Shown one piece after another: positions 39,489-52,369 of a stretch of 64,000 nucleotides of DNA. The position numbers and the translations under genes were made by a program. This stretch comes from Narcine bancroftii (Eukaryota): contig NC_091480.1 of assembly GCF_036971445.1 (NCBI RefSeq), positions 23,870,001 through 23,934,000 of the forward strand, given 5' to 3'. Below the pieces are notes generated by a model that made no database searches, was not told where the DNA came from, and worked only from the letters and a program-made list of their open reading frames with translations. Every line of letters starts with the position of its first letter. Positions within the stretch are counted from its first letter, which is position 1.

Positions 39489-40889
39489 TTCTTTGGCTTG
39501 GCTTCGCGGACGAAGATTTATGGAGGGGGTAAAAAGTCCACGTCAGCTGCAGGCTCGTTTGTGGCTGACCAGTCCGATGCGGGACAGGCAGACACGATTG
39601 CAGCGGTTGCAAGGGAAAATTGGTTGGTTGGGGTTGGGTGTTGGGTTTTTCCTCCTTTGCCTTTTGTCAGTGAGGTGGGCTCTGCGGTCTTCTTCAAAGG
39701 AGGCTGCTGCCCGCCAAACTGTGAGGCGCCAAGATGCACGGTTTGAGGCGTTATCAGCCCACTGGCGGTGGTCAATGTGGCAGGCACCAAGAGATTTCTT
39801 TAGGCAGTCCTTGTACCTTTTCTTTGGTGCACCTCTGTCACGGTGGCCAGTGGAGAGCTCGCCATATAATACGATCTTGGGAAGGCGATGGTCCTCCATT
39901 CTGGAGACGTGACCCATCCAGCGCAGCTGGATCTTCAGCAGCGTGGACTCGATGCTGTCGACCTCTGCCATCTCGAGTACCTCGACGTTAGGGGTGTGAG
40001 CGCTCCAATGGATGTTGAGGATGGAGCGGAGACAACGCTGGTGGAAGCGTTCTAGGAGCCGTAGGTGGTGCCGGTAGAGGACCCATGATTCGGAGCCGAA
40101 CAGGAGTGTGGGTATGACAACGGCTCTGTATACGCTTATCTTTGTGAGGTTTTTCAGTTGGTTGTTTTTCCAGACTCTTTTGTGTAGTCTTCCAAAGGCG
40201 CTATTTGCCTTGGCGAGTCTGTTGTCTATCTCATTGTCGATCCTTGCATCTGATGAAATGGTGCAGCCGAGATAGGTAAACTGGTTGACCGTTTTGAGTT
40301 TTGTGTGCCCGATGGAGATGTGGGGGGGCTGGTAGTCATGGTGGGGAGCTGGCTGATGGAGGACCTCAGTTTTCTTCAGGCTGACTTCCAGGCCAAACAT
40401 TTTGGCAGTTTCCGCAAAGCAGGACGTCAAGCGCTGAAGAGCTGGCTCTGAATGGGCAACTAAAGCGGCATCATCTGCAAAGAGTAGTTCACGGACAAGT
40501 TTCTCTTGTGTCTTGGTGTGAGCTTGCAGGCGCCTCAGATTGAAGAGACTGCCATCCGTGCGGTACCGGATGTAAACAGCGTCTTCATTGTTGGGGTCTT
40601 TCATGGCTTGGTTCAGCATCATGCTGAAGAAGATTGAAAAGAGGGTTGGTGCGAGAACACAGCCTTGCTTCACGCCATTGTTAATGGAGAAGGGTTCAGA
40701 GAGCTCATTGCTGTATCTGACCCGACCTTGTTGGTTTTCGTGCAGTTGGATAATCATGTTGAGGAACTTTGGGGGACATCCGATGCGCTCTAGTATTTGC
40801 CAAAGCCCTTTCCTGCTCACGGTGTCGAAGGCTTTGGTGAGGTCAACAAAGGTGATGTAGAGTCCTTTGTTTTGTTCTCTGCACTTTTC

Positions 40890-40890
<1 letters not shown>
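39481..40890 (-). mobile_element. Young RTE LINE, 5'-truncated, uninterrupted RT reading frame
   Basis: ORF 39543-40931: FVDLTKAFDTV, GVKQGCVLAPTLF, LFADDAAL, YLG and a C-terminal C..C...H...C. Flanked by (TA)n on both sides. Confidence 0.97.
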
Positions 40891-40924
<34 letters not shown>

Positions 40925-41839
40925 CACACACACACTATGAGAGAGAGAGAGAGTACTTCCTTCTTCCACCTCTCCCAATGACTTGGTGTCATCAGCATTG
41001 AGAGAGGTAGTCATGCATTGTGAATTGATCCCTCGCATTGTGGAACTGTCCACATGTTGCTGACGGAAGAGGCCTGAAAATAGGACATGGAAAATTAACT
41101 CGTCCTCCACTATTTATCAGGACTACCATCCACAACTGCCCAGGGCTCCAATGCAAACACTTCATCCCTTCCTAAGGTTGCACACTAATTTCTTTACTGC
41201 AAGAGACCACTTAATTTTACTGACTCATAGATATTCAAAGTGTTTCAGTTGTGCCTCTATGTAGAGTGGTCCACAGAGGAAATCAAATCTGGCAAAGGAA
41301 ATTTAATAAAGATCACTGTCAAACCATAAGCCAACATATTTTGTTGCATTCCTATGATCCAATGGTATTTGGCAATGTAATGACAACAACACAACTTGTC
41401 TCTATTTAGGAGGTTGCATGACCTGTCGACACTGTGGAAGAAATAATAAAGTAGCAGTTACTGGATAAATGGTGCAAGGGATCCACAAGTCATAACCTGG
41501 CCATTGTTCTTCTTATGCACAGAGTCGTCCATCACGAGGCCGTCACAGACAGGACCATGCACAGCTGAGCTTGTTGAAAGCTAACTTGGATGGAGCAAAG
41601 GATGAAGAGCCAGAAGGTTGCATACTTAAAGAAATCAGGAAGATTTGCTTAAAGTGAGAGTCACTACAAGAGGATGACTAGGACACAGTTGATTGTCAAG
41701 TAGAAGCCCTAATAAAACAAGAGAAGTCCTGGCAGTCAGGACATGAATGGCAAAGATAGAAAACAGATGTCAAACATACATGCACATGCACACAACACCG
41801 CAGAAGATGGAATCATGAAGTAGAAGATAAGTAATCATT

Positions 41840-42144
41840 TAAATTTAATTGTTAAATTTTTTTTAATTTAAATTTAGACATTAAATTTTAAATTCAAATT
41901 TTTACATTTTAAAATTAGACAGAAACAGGCCATTTTGGCCCACGAGTCCATCTTGCCTAATTTACACCCCTTTAACATACTTTCCGGGTACATTTTGAAC
42001 AGTGGGAGGAAACTAGAGCTACTGGAGAAGACCCACATAGACATGGGAAGAACGTACAAACTCCTTACAGACAGCACGGGATTCGAACCCCATCCTGGCC
42101 CTGATCGCTGATGTTGTAAAGGCACTACACCAACCATGCTGCCC
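41840..42144 (-). mobile_element. V-SINE (HE1-like)
   Basis: Perfect B box GGGTTCGAATCCC (42078-42090, -), V domain, CR1-like tail and (ATTTAA)n. Confidence 0.85.
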
Positions 42145-42509
42145 TAAATGACATAATAACTTCTATGAGTAGTCACTGCTAGGCAGAAAATGAGACAGGA
42201 GAGAAAGGACACCTGCCAAACGAAGAATGGGGCATAAACCAACGTTGTGGGCTGCTGGAATGAACACTTCCAAAATGGTAAACAGTTTTGCATAAAGAGA
42301 TCTCAAGGCCAAGATGACCAACAGATCAATTGAACGTCAAACTGGTTAAAAAATTGGCAGAACTGCTGGAGCTGTTGTAATGGCTGTGCTGTCATTAGTA
42401 CGGACCTGGGAGAGCAGGGACACAGCTCTGCTCTGAATGTCAGAGATTCCACATAGGCTTTAAAGCCATCTGTTAAAGGAACTGACAGTGCTTGTAAGTA
42501 AATTCCTGC

Positions 42510-43082
42510 AACCACAAAGTCCGCACCCACGAGGGTGACGCTTGTGCTTGGCAGCGGCCACAAGGAGTTGCATACTCTGGGGGAGCAGCAGACCATGCAG
42601 GGCACCAGAAATAGGGAGAACTACCCCCTCCCCCATTAAGAAGGAGAAGCAGAGGCAGCTGACCAGTGAGGGGCTCAGCGGCTGAATGACATTAAAAGGA
42701 AAGTGACCACAGCAACAGACCAGTGAAGGGATCAGCAGCTAAGGGACGCACACAGGCTGCAGGCAACTTGCAGTCAGAGGACCGACTTGGGCTTGCGCAG
42801 GGTGCTGGACACTTGCGTATGGGAACCAGAAATTTGAGAGGGTACTGAAGGCTTCCTTATCAAGTCAGAGGTATGGATTGAGAGCTCGGGTTGCAGCTGC
42901 ACTGGCTGTGGGAGCAATGGAGGCAAATCCACGGACACTCGGTGACTCTCTTTTGCTTCTCTTTCTCTCATACTGTATGGGACACCGAGTGGCACTAATG
43001 GCAACTCTTTGTCTGCCTCACAGCAGGCAAAATTAAAGTGTGTCATGTATCAACTTACGTTACAATAAAAGGAACTTTGAAC
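42510..43082 (+). mobile_element. Unclassified GC-rich non-coding retroposon-like repeat
   Basis: Homologous to 25853-26315 (-). Ends ACAATAAAAGGAACTTTGAAC, like Rex/L2 tails. Confidence 0.65.
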
Positions 43083-43789
43083 ATAGTTTTTTTATTTACA
43101 TTAGAAAAATACATTTATTACATTTTTTCAAAAGGTGAACAACAGCGTGGGGGTCCTATAAAAGACAGAATGTTCCAAATAATATGAACACAATAAGATA
43201 TACCAGGGAATGATGTTTACTTGAGAAGTACTGCCTACAAGAATGGATGTTCTGTTCATCACTCTATCTAATTGGCTCTTCTTGCAGAAACCCACAGACA
43301 TCACAGTGCAATTGGACTGCAATTTTAAAATGGATTTTCTTCCGCTCGCATTAAAAAAAATTCTTGATTTAATTCATAAGGCAACATCACAATTTCATTC
43401 ACAGTTGAAAATATATTAGTCACAAGGAGCTTTTATAAGAGCATCTACACCATTACATCCAAGTAAACCAATTTTAAATTAATTGGAAATTATATTAGAA
43501 ATAATATCAAGGCATTTTACAGTTTCATCATGTACAGAATTTGCTTTGGAAATTATTATGTTAAAGGCTCTGCCCATTGCTGCCCAAAACACAACTTAAT
43601 TTTACTTTTTTTGCAAAACCATTATGAGCAGCAATTCAACAGGGTGAATAATTCAGTCGAGGGTAGGGGTGCCCAAATATTGATGTCCCATTCAAAGATC
43701 ACTTGAAGCAGCTCCTCACCCAGAAGTGGGAGTGACAAAACAGGAGGCTCCAAAGCTCCATCAAATAAAGACCCAAGGCATGACATTGA

Positions 43790-44880
43790 GGGTTATAGAG
43801 TTCTACAGCACAGAAGCAGGCCCTTTGGTCTATTTTGTTCATGCTAACCAAACTAGGCCCATTTACCTGCATTGCTCCAATATCCCTCCGTCTTTCTCAT
43901 CCATGTACTGATCTAATTGCCTTTGGAATTACACAATTGTCCCTTCTTTCACCACTTCTCATGGCAGATCACTCCCAACAACTCCCTCCCTCTGCTTCAA
44001 GAAGGTGCTCCTTGAGTCTCTTTCAATTCTTGTTCCTTTCACCTGAAATCTTTGGCTTCTACTTTTAGATTCCTGTACCCCTGGGAAAAAGGTTATCCTT
44101 GTACCTCATAATTTTCTGAGCCTCTATCAAGTTTCCCTCTTACCCAGTCTTTCCGGTGTCTCCTTTTCATTGGAGCCCACCAGTCCCAGTAACATCCTTG
44201 TGAATCTTTTCTTCACTCTATCCAGCATTATAATATCTTTCTATGGCTAGATGATGAGAACTGCATCCAATGTTCCATGTGCAGTCTCACGCACACCTGG
44301 AACAGCTGTAGCTTGATATCACTGCTCCTGTACTCAGTGCTCTGTCTGATAAAAGCAAATGAACCAAGCTCCTTCATTTTATCTACCTGTGTTACCACTT
44401 TAATGGAATATGTATCTATATCCCCACATCTCCTTGTTCTACAACATTCCTCAGTGCCCTACCATTCACCATGAAAGTCCTGCCTTAGATTAACCTACAG
44501 AAGTGCAATATCTCATATTGTCGGAGTTAAATTCCATCTAATGTTCCTTGGTCCACTTTCCCAGTTCATCTGGATCTTGCTGATACCTTTAATACTGCCC
44601 ATTGTAGTACCAATTTTGGTGTCACCCACAGACTTACTAACCATACCAATGCATTGCCAACCAAGCCATTAATATAGATGAATAATCACTGTGGACCCAG
44701 AACTGATGCCAAAAGTACACCACTGCCCACAGGTCTACAATCTAAGTAGCAACCCATCAAGTACCACACTTGATCGCTCACCATCAAAACTAATCCAGTT
44801 GCAGTGCACCCTGCAATCCCATGTCTACCGCCCTGCCCATGTCAATCTTCTTGATCACCTCCACACAAAAAAAAATCACA
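43790..44880 (-). mobile_element. Old CR1 LINE fragment
   Basis: Tail ATAGAGTTCTACAGCACAGAAGCAGGCCCTTTGG and RT pieces (CAATTTTGGTGTCA = DTKIG on -; EVIKKIDMGRAVD). Confidence 0.8.
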
Positions 44881-45109
44881 ATTAAATTCGAGACACACCT
44901 GGCAATCTTACCATTGAAAAGGGCAGAGATTGCAGAGGAAGTGTTGGACTGGGCAGGTGAGTGGAAGGATTGCGTAAGTAACATTTGCAGGAAGGCTGAG
45001 AGAGAGGAAGCAAGATGACGAGACTTGCTAAAATGGGACTGAAATGGCAACGTTCAGGAACAATGGAAAATATCTACCTGGAACATGCTCAAATTTCTTC
45101 AGCAGCAGG

Positions 45110-45345
45110 CCCAGTTGGAATAGGCCGTTTTAATTCGACACCAGAGCAATCAACATTATAAATTCTGCCCTGGTGCTTTTGCTGGCCTCCTCTTTCCAGT
45201 AGACCTTTCCATCTGTCAATAAGTGGCAGCCCAGTTGGAATAGGCCGTTTTAATTCGACACCAGAGCAATCAACATTATAAATTCTGCCCTGGTGCTTTT
45301 GCTGGTCTCCTCTTTCCAGTAGACCTTTCCATCTGTCAATAAGTG
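45110..45345. repeat. Tandem duplication with 120-bp period (2 copies)
   Basis: 45121-45180 is identical to 45241-45300. One substitution in the rest of the core (GCTGGCC/GCTGGTC). Confidence 0.97.
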
Positions 45346-46499
45346 AACGCTGTACATGACTTCCATTCATTTCTCAGTGTCATGCCTTGTTGGAATCAGT
45401 GCGTGACAGGAATAAGGTGACTGGCAACAATTCTACTCCTTCTCCTGTTCCAATTTGAAAATTGCTTCCAAATCTTTTCTGACCTGGGAAATGCTATACT
45501 TTGTGGTAAAGAGCAGATTCCAGGCATAGTTTCACTAAATTAAAGAGAAATGGAGGAAGCTTCATCTTTGCACACCACCACCCAACCTCACAGCTTTGTG
45601 ATTTTTTTGAGACTTACATTAGAAATAAGTGCAAGTTTCTCACCCCTCACAGATATATGCACACACACACATTTTAAACCTACATTAACTCGTGCTCTTA
45701 AGAGATATAGTCATACCTGTCTTAATAAGGGCATTCAACAATAGCATGCTCACAGCCAAAAATGTTTAACCGAGGCGACGAAATTGTGTGACCATCACCC
45801 ATACAACTTGACTGTGAACCTGCTGCGTGAAGAATTGCAGGTTGTGGCAATGAATCAGAAATCTACCACTACTACAATTCAATCTGAGAAGAGAGTCGTT
45901 AACCAGGATCCTAAATTGAATAACTGACAAGGCCAGCCTTTCCAGGAGATGTTCGCAATGACTGATATTCCCAAAAGTCATATGGAGATCTCAAAATGTG
46001 TTAGGACATCAAATGCTGGAGATCACAACCAAAAATTCATCCTTTACCCCAAGCAATAACTTTTCATTCAAAGCAGCTGCAGGAATATCTAATTTTACCT
46101 CCATTTGATGGATGCGGAAAAAATCAATAACATTGCTGACAGCTAGAATTGCGCCACATTGAGTTTATGGCTTTCACTTCCTGTGCATTGGAAATGAAAA
46201 AAATAAATGCTAAAACAGAGATTTAAAAAAGTTCACTCTTATCACTGGTTTATATCAACATTTACTGCACTTTTCAAACTGCTGCAGTGTCAAGAAATTC
46301 CACCTAGCATTGCATTAACAGATGCTGTGCACTAAAATTGACAGATGCAAATTTCACTTCTCGAGTTGACTTTACATCAGTCTTATTTTATTTTCCTAAA
46401 ATCATCTTGAGTAAAGTTGTTTCAATTGTCTAAAATAAAGGAACACGAGAACAAACAAACTGCAATAGCCTTTACAGATTCTTAACCTTACTCCACCAG

Positions 46500-47300
46500 T
46501 CATAGACTATAACAGCAGTGGAACAGGTTCATCAGCCGATCGAGTCCACACTGAACTATTTTTCGGCCTCAAACCATGTACCTGTACCCAGATCATAGTC
46601 TTCCATACGTCTCCCATCCATGTACCTTTCCAGATTGCTCTGCATATTTTGAAAATTTAGACATACAGCACTGCAACAGGCCAATTCAGCCCTAAAAATC
46701 CCCACCGCCCAATTTACACCCTATTTACCTACACCCCAGGACATTTTTGAAGGGTGGGAGGAAACTGGACTCCCCGGAGAAAACTCACACAGACACAGGG
46801 AGAACGTGCAAACTCCTTACATACAGTATGGGATTCAAACCCAGATTGTTGGCGCTGTAAAGGGTTTGTACATCCACTGCACCAACCGCGTTGCACGGTG
46901 CATGTTGAAATTGAAACTGGCAGCTCATTCCACACTCTCACTATTCTCCCGAATATTTACCTTAAGCATTTCACTTTCCTTAACACACGTCCTCCCATTC
47001 TGGTCTTGCCTATCCTCAATGGAAATCCTGATGATGGCCCTCATAATTTAGTAGTATACCTCTATCAAATCTTCCCTCATTCTCTAATGCTCCAGGGAAT
47101 AAAGCTCTAATCTATTCAACCTTTCCCAATAACTCAGTTCCTCAAGTTCCTTGTTAATTTTCGTGGCACTCTTTCAATCTTATTTACATCTTTGCTGACC
47201 AAAACTGCACACAATGCTCCAAATTTGAGCCTAATATTGTCCTGATTAATTTCAACATCTCAACGAGATGTAAAATATCTTTTTACGACCCTGCCTACCA
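46500..47300 (-). mobile_element. CR1 3' fragment with a nested V-SINE
   Basis: CR1 tail at 46500-46645. Resumes at 46900 (CAGCTCATTCCACACTCTCA = RVWNELP on -). Confidence 0.75.
46646..46895 (-). mobile_element. V-SINE (HE1-like)
   Basis: GGGTGGGAGGAAACTGGA...CACACAGACACAGGGAGAACGTGCAAACTCCTTAC...GGGATTCAAACCC. Confidence 0.85.
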
Positions 47301-47369
47301 GTGTTGTCTGACATAATCTGACATGTTTCTGTTTTCATTACAGATTTCAAGCAGTGACAGTATTTTGCT

Positions 47370-47594
47370 TGTGGTACTCCGATGGAGACACATTTGAATG
47401 TGCTGCGTATATGATTGGATGTACTAGGATATACCCCTTCCTGATTGTGCTACGGGCCCCGGAATAAAGGTGACTGTGCCACAGCCCCCTCCTCAGTTTA
47501 GGGCAGTCGACCAATGTGGGCAGACATCCATCCTGTAGTCAATAAAAGCCTATCTCTACAACTTCTCATCTTTGAAGCTATTGATGGTGGATCA
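47370..47594 (+). mobile_element. Solo LTR with perfect 5-bp TSD
   Basis: TTGCT|TGTGGTAC ... GGTGGATCA|TTGCT. Internal ATTGG, a TATA-like ATAAAG and AATAAA about 40 nt before the end. Confidence 0.8.
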
Positions 47595-47843
47595 TTGCTC
47601 AAAGTATCATTGTAGAGTTGGTGATTCGAACTGCTTGTATTCGTTTGCAGTCAGGTACAAGTATTTCCAGATTGCATTCCATTCGTGTGCAGTATTACAT
47701 AATTTTCTTTCTGTGAGAGACATGCGTGGTGTGGCCAGAGCCCTTTCTGATAGTTACAATGGCAAGTGTTAAGTAGGAAGGAAGCAATTCCAGTTCAGTA
47801 AATATTTAAAATGAGGTTAAGTAAGCTTACCATGTATCTAGGA

Positions 47844-48219
47844 CAGCAGTTATCAACCTTTTTCTTTCCACTCACGTACCTCTTTAAGTAATCCCTATGC
47901 CACAAGTGCTCTGTGTTGAGTAAGGGATTGCTTAAGGTGGCATGTGGGTGGAAAGAAAAAATTTGAAAACCACTGTTTTAATTGTACCTAATTGACTCAT
48001 ATGGCCATGTTTTCATAACGCCAAAGGAAATGGCCCAATAACAATTTTTCTCCAGGCAAAATATTTCAGTAACATTTGGGTCTAGAGCAGTGATTCTCAG
48101 CCTTCCCTTCCCACTCACATATCACCTTAAGCAATCCCTTATTAATCACAGAGCCCCGATGGCAAAGGGATTACTTAAAGTGGTATGTCAGTGGGGAAAA
48201 AAAAGGTTGAGAACCACTG
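47844..48219. mobile_element. Composite hAT MITE, copy 2
   Basis: Colinear with 21018-21382, including the spacer. Confidence 0.88.
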
Positions 48220-48789
48220 ATTTCTGGGAACTCCATCAGCATTAATGCCTCACAAGATTTGCGTTACACACTTTTAAAAACAAAACCAATTTCAGGCAAT
48301 ATCTAGCATATAGATTCATTTTGCTTTTATACTAGATTAATTCAGTCATCGGTACACCCCCCCCCCTCCAAGAAATGAAAACAGCAAGGTTGTATGAACA
48401 ACAACATACTCAAAACACTTTATTTTTGTGAATACTAAATGAGTTTTCCCCTCAGTAAAGGGATTTCATTCTGAAAAATGACATCAATTAAAAAAAGAAC
48501 AAAACTAAATATAATGCAATATTTTGCTATTGACACAACATAGTAACATAATGTGAAAATAAAAATAATCATATTTCAACAGAGATTATCAACTTCCTTT
48601 CATTAAAAGGAGCTCAATTTAAACAGTCACTTGAGAAGTTGCAATGCTAATGCAAATAGCAGTTGGACGATGTCACACAATAATAGGGTTGCCTGGCAGA
48701 AAGAGATGGATGACAAGTAAGCTTCCTCAATGCTGCTGTTCTTCAGAAGGTTTCTGATGTACAATGGATATGCAATTTTTCCAATGTAT

Positions 48790-48980
48790 TTTTAAAATTT
48801 AGATATATAGCATGGAGCCTTTGCCACTCAAATACTCCAATTAACCTAAACCACTGTGCAGTTTGAAAGGTGGGAAGAAATCGTTGCACCCAGAGGAAAC
48901 ACATGCAGACACAGGGACAATCTACAAACTCTTACAGACACCGCCAATTAAAACCCGGGTCACTGCCACTGTAATAAAAT
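48790..48980 (-). mobile_element. V-SINE, degraded
   Basis: GGTGGGAAGAAATCG...GAGGAAACACATGCAGACACAGGGACAATCTACAAACTCTTACAGAC. Confidence 0.75.
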
Positions 48981-49259
48981 TGTGTAGAAAGACATTTGTG
49001 TGTTTGTAACATTTCCTTGAGTGCTTCATTTTACTTGCTTGTCTACCTCAGAAAATTTAAACACCAAAATGCACATCAGGTCAGGGAGCATCTGTAGCTT
49101 GAAATATGATCTTCACTGAAACCGCAACTGAAGCTTATTAATAGACCAATCTGCTGTGCATTTTCATAAATTTCAACCTTAAAATAAGATGTCCAAATTA
49201 AAGAAAAGAAACCAAATTTACTCACTTACATCATTGATGCCCAGACATCCAATTTTGAT

Positions 49260-49396
49260 NNNNNNNNNNNNNNNNNNNNNNNNNNNNNNNNNNNNNNNNN
49301 NNNNNNNNNNNNNNNNNNNNNNNNNNNNNNNNNNNNNNNNNNNNNNNNNNNNNNNNNNNNNNNNNNNNNNNNNNNNNNNNNNNNNNNNNNNNNNNN
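49260..49396. other. Assembly gap (N run)
   Basis: N bases. Confidence 1.
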
Positions 49397-49726
49397 ACCA
49401 CTTTAAGCATTCCCTATGCCACAGGTGCTCAGCGATGGAGTAAGGGATTAGTAAGGTGGAAAGAAAAAGTTTGAAAACCACTGTTTTAATTGTACCTAAT
49501 TGACTCGTTATGTACACACTTTCAGAATTCTAAAGGAAATGGGCCAATGACAATTCTTCTCAAGTGAAATATTTCAGTAACAATTGGGTCTAGAGCAGTG
49601 ATTCTCAGCCTTCCCTTTCCACCCACATACCACCTTAAGCAATCCCTTACTAATCACAGAGCATCGATGGCCTAGGGCTGACTTAAAGTGGCACGTGAGT
49701 GAAAAGAAAAAGATTTAGAACCACTG
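49397..49726. mobile_element. Composite hAT MITE, copy 3 (left end in the gap)
   Basis: Colinear with 21018-21382. Ends AGAACCACTG. Confidence 0.85.
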
Positions 49727-49739
49727 GGCAGAATTATAT

Positions 49740-50015
49740 TGTGTCTGGTTTAAGTTTAGAAAAAAATAGATATACCATTAAAGACTCCAATTCTAATTTG
49801 CTAAAGACGTGGAGCTCTTTTATGGACCATGATCACAACCTGAAGTTTTAGAGTTGATATAAGCTTTGATGCCATGGCGTCTATTTTCAGGTTGTCGTCA
49901 CTTGATACGGGGGTGTTTTTTTTTCTTTTTCTTGTAATTTGTATTTCAATATATAATTGTATTGTCTAACTTTTGTATTATTGCAAACTTCAATAAAATA
50001 TCTTAAAAAGAAAAT
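49740..50015 (+). mobile_element. L1 3' tip
   Basis: LSLEKIRYTIK......KTWSSF-like ORF2 end, a T-rich UTR, AATAAA and an A-rich tail. Confidence 0.55.
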
Positions 50016-50749
50016 AAGATGTCCCAATGTAAATGAATCCTACAACTCAAATGCTCCATCGCTGTGCTTTCTTGAAACAAAAAAAAACAATATTTATTGT
50101 ATTTTCTTGTCAATAATTTATCATGATTAAAGTCTATTGTTGGAAAATAAGATGTGAATACAGGAGACACTCTGGATTAATCTGAAATTGTAGGTGCTTT
50201 ACAAATAGAATTGGAATTTCTGAAAGTTACAAAGTTATCATAATTTCTACTTACAGCTGCAATGATTTGGTTTGTCATTAATATTTAACATTTAACCATC
50301 TCCCCATTCATATATTAAGGGGCTGGATTATCTTTCACATACCAGCTTCGAAGATGAACATATTTGATTTTTCTCTCTTTTGGAGGAAGTGCAAGTGGTT
50401 TCAGCATTTTCTATTCAATCTTTTTTACATTCTCAACACTTGCATTTAAAAGAAAACCTGCAGTCAACATCGCTGTGTTCAAGGTTATACCTCTACTGCA
50501 TAAGAACCCAACCAGGACAACACCTACCAATCTCAACATTCCAATTTAGGAACAAGCAAGGTGAAAGTGACGCCTTTCTTATTCACACTGGCCACTTCTG
50601 ATGAAACTACTTGTGCCAAAAAACAGAAGCAAAATGGAAAATAGCAATGCTGCAACATGTTGTTGAGTTGAGGGTCAATTAGCACAATTAATTGATCAGA
50701 TCATGGACTAAAATAATATTTCAATGCAAGAAAACAAGCCAGAAAGTAG

Positions 50750-50860
50750 AAACACAATATTGGAAAAAAAAATCAGCAGGTCAAACAGTTTACTTCATAA
50801 AGCAAAGATAAAGATACATAAGCAATGTTTCAGGCTTGAGCCCTTCACCAAGGTAAGTCA
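50750..50860 (-). mobile_element. Penelope-like pLTR fragment
   Basis: CAGCAGGTCAAACAG...AAGATAAAGATACATAA...GTTTCAGGCTTGAGCCCTTCA, shared with 62880-63270. Confidence 0.7.
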
Positions 50861-51044
50861 GGAAGTATTCAGGACAAAATATAACCAGGAAGATGTTACC
50901 ATTTCATGGTAATATAGCATCATAACATTTCATTGGTTTCTTTATGATCTCTGATTGCTTTATAATTGAAGTATAGAGTCGATGATATAAAGCACATATT
51001 GTTGAAGGCATGATTACCATTTCAATCACTTACACTTTTCAATT

Positions 51045-52369
51045 TTTCTCTTTGGCTTGGCTTCGCGGACGAAGATTTATGGAGGGGGTAAAAAGTCCAC
51101 GTCAGCTGCAGGCTCGTTTGTGGCTGACAAGTCCGATGCGGGACAGGCAGACACGGTTGCAGCGGTTGCAGGGAAAAATTGGTTGGTTGGGGTTGGGTGT
51201 TGGGTTTTTCCTCCTTTGCCTTTTGTCAGTGAGGTGGGCTCTGCGGTCTTCTTCAAAGGAGGTTGCTGCCCGCCAAACTGTGAGGCACCAAGATGCACGG
51301 TTTGAGGCGTTATCAGCCCACTGGCGGTGGTCAATGTGGCAGGCACCAAGAGATTTCTTTACACAAGAGAAACTTGTCCGTGAACTACTCTTTGCAGACG
51401 ATGCCGCTTTAGTTGCCCATTCAGAGCCAGCTCTTCAGCGCTTGACGTCCTGCTTTGCGGAAACTGCCAAAATGTTTGGCCTGGAAGTCAGCCTGAAGAA
51501 AACTGAGGTCCTCCATCAGCCAGCTCCCCACCATGACTACCAGCCCCCCCACATCTCCATCGGGCACACAAAACTCAAAACGGTCAACCAGTTTACCTAT
51601 CTCGGCTGCACCATTTCATCAGATGCAAGGATCGACAATGAGATAGACAACAGACTCGCCAAGGCAAATAGCGCCTTTGGAAGACTACACAAAAGAGTCT
51701 GGAAAAACAACCAACTAAAAAACCTCACAAAGATAAGCGTATACAGAGCCGTTGTCATACCCACACTCCTGTTCGGCTCTGAATCATGGGTCCTCTACCG
51801 GCACCACCTACGGCTCCTAGAACGCTTCCACCAGCGTTGTCTCCGCTCCATCCTCAACATCCATTGGAGCGCTTTCATCCCTAACGTCGAAGTACTCAAG
51901 ATGGCAGAGGTCGACAGCATCGAGTCCACGCTGCTGAAGATCCAGCTGCGCTGGATGGGTCACGTCTCCAGAATGGAGGACCATCGCCTTCCCAAGATCG
52001 TGTTAGATGGCGAGCTCTCCACTGGCCACCGTGACAGAGGTGCACCAAAGAAAAGGTACAAGGACTGCCTAAAGAAATCTCTTGGTGCCTGCCACATTGA
52101 CCACCGCCAGTGGGCTGATAACGCCTCAAACCGTGCATCTTGGCGCCTCACAGTTTGGCGGGCAGCAACCTCCTTTGAAGAAGACCGCAGAGCCAACCTC
52201 ACTGACAAAAGGCAAAGGAGGAAAAACCCAACACCCAACCCCAACCAACCAATTTTCCCCTGCAACCGCTGCAACCGTGTCTGCCTGTCCCGCATCGGAC
52301 TTGTCAGCCACAAACGAGCCTGCAGCTGACGTGGACTTTTTACCCCCTCCATAAATCTTCGTCCACGAA
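51045..52369. mobile_element. RTE insertion with two outward-facing 3' ends (- arm 51045-51360, + arm 51361-52369)
   Basis: The left arm is the reverse complement of the RTE 3' ~315 nt; the right arm is RT through the 3' end. TTTCAATT flanks both sides (51037-51044, 52370-52377). Confidence 0.92.

Noticed and set aside
39394-39912. Recurrent antisense ORF (RQLQARLWLTSPMRDRQ...) in RTE copies
   Set aside because: It recurs only because the copies are near-identical and GC-rich, with no independent evidence of coding.
42078-42144. tRNA gene suggested by a perfect B box
   Set aside because: It is the head of a V-SINE, with no complete cloverleaf.
51010-52329. 439-aa ORF as a novel gene
   Set aside because: Chance read-through of an antisense RTE 3' arm into a truncated RTE RT frame.
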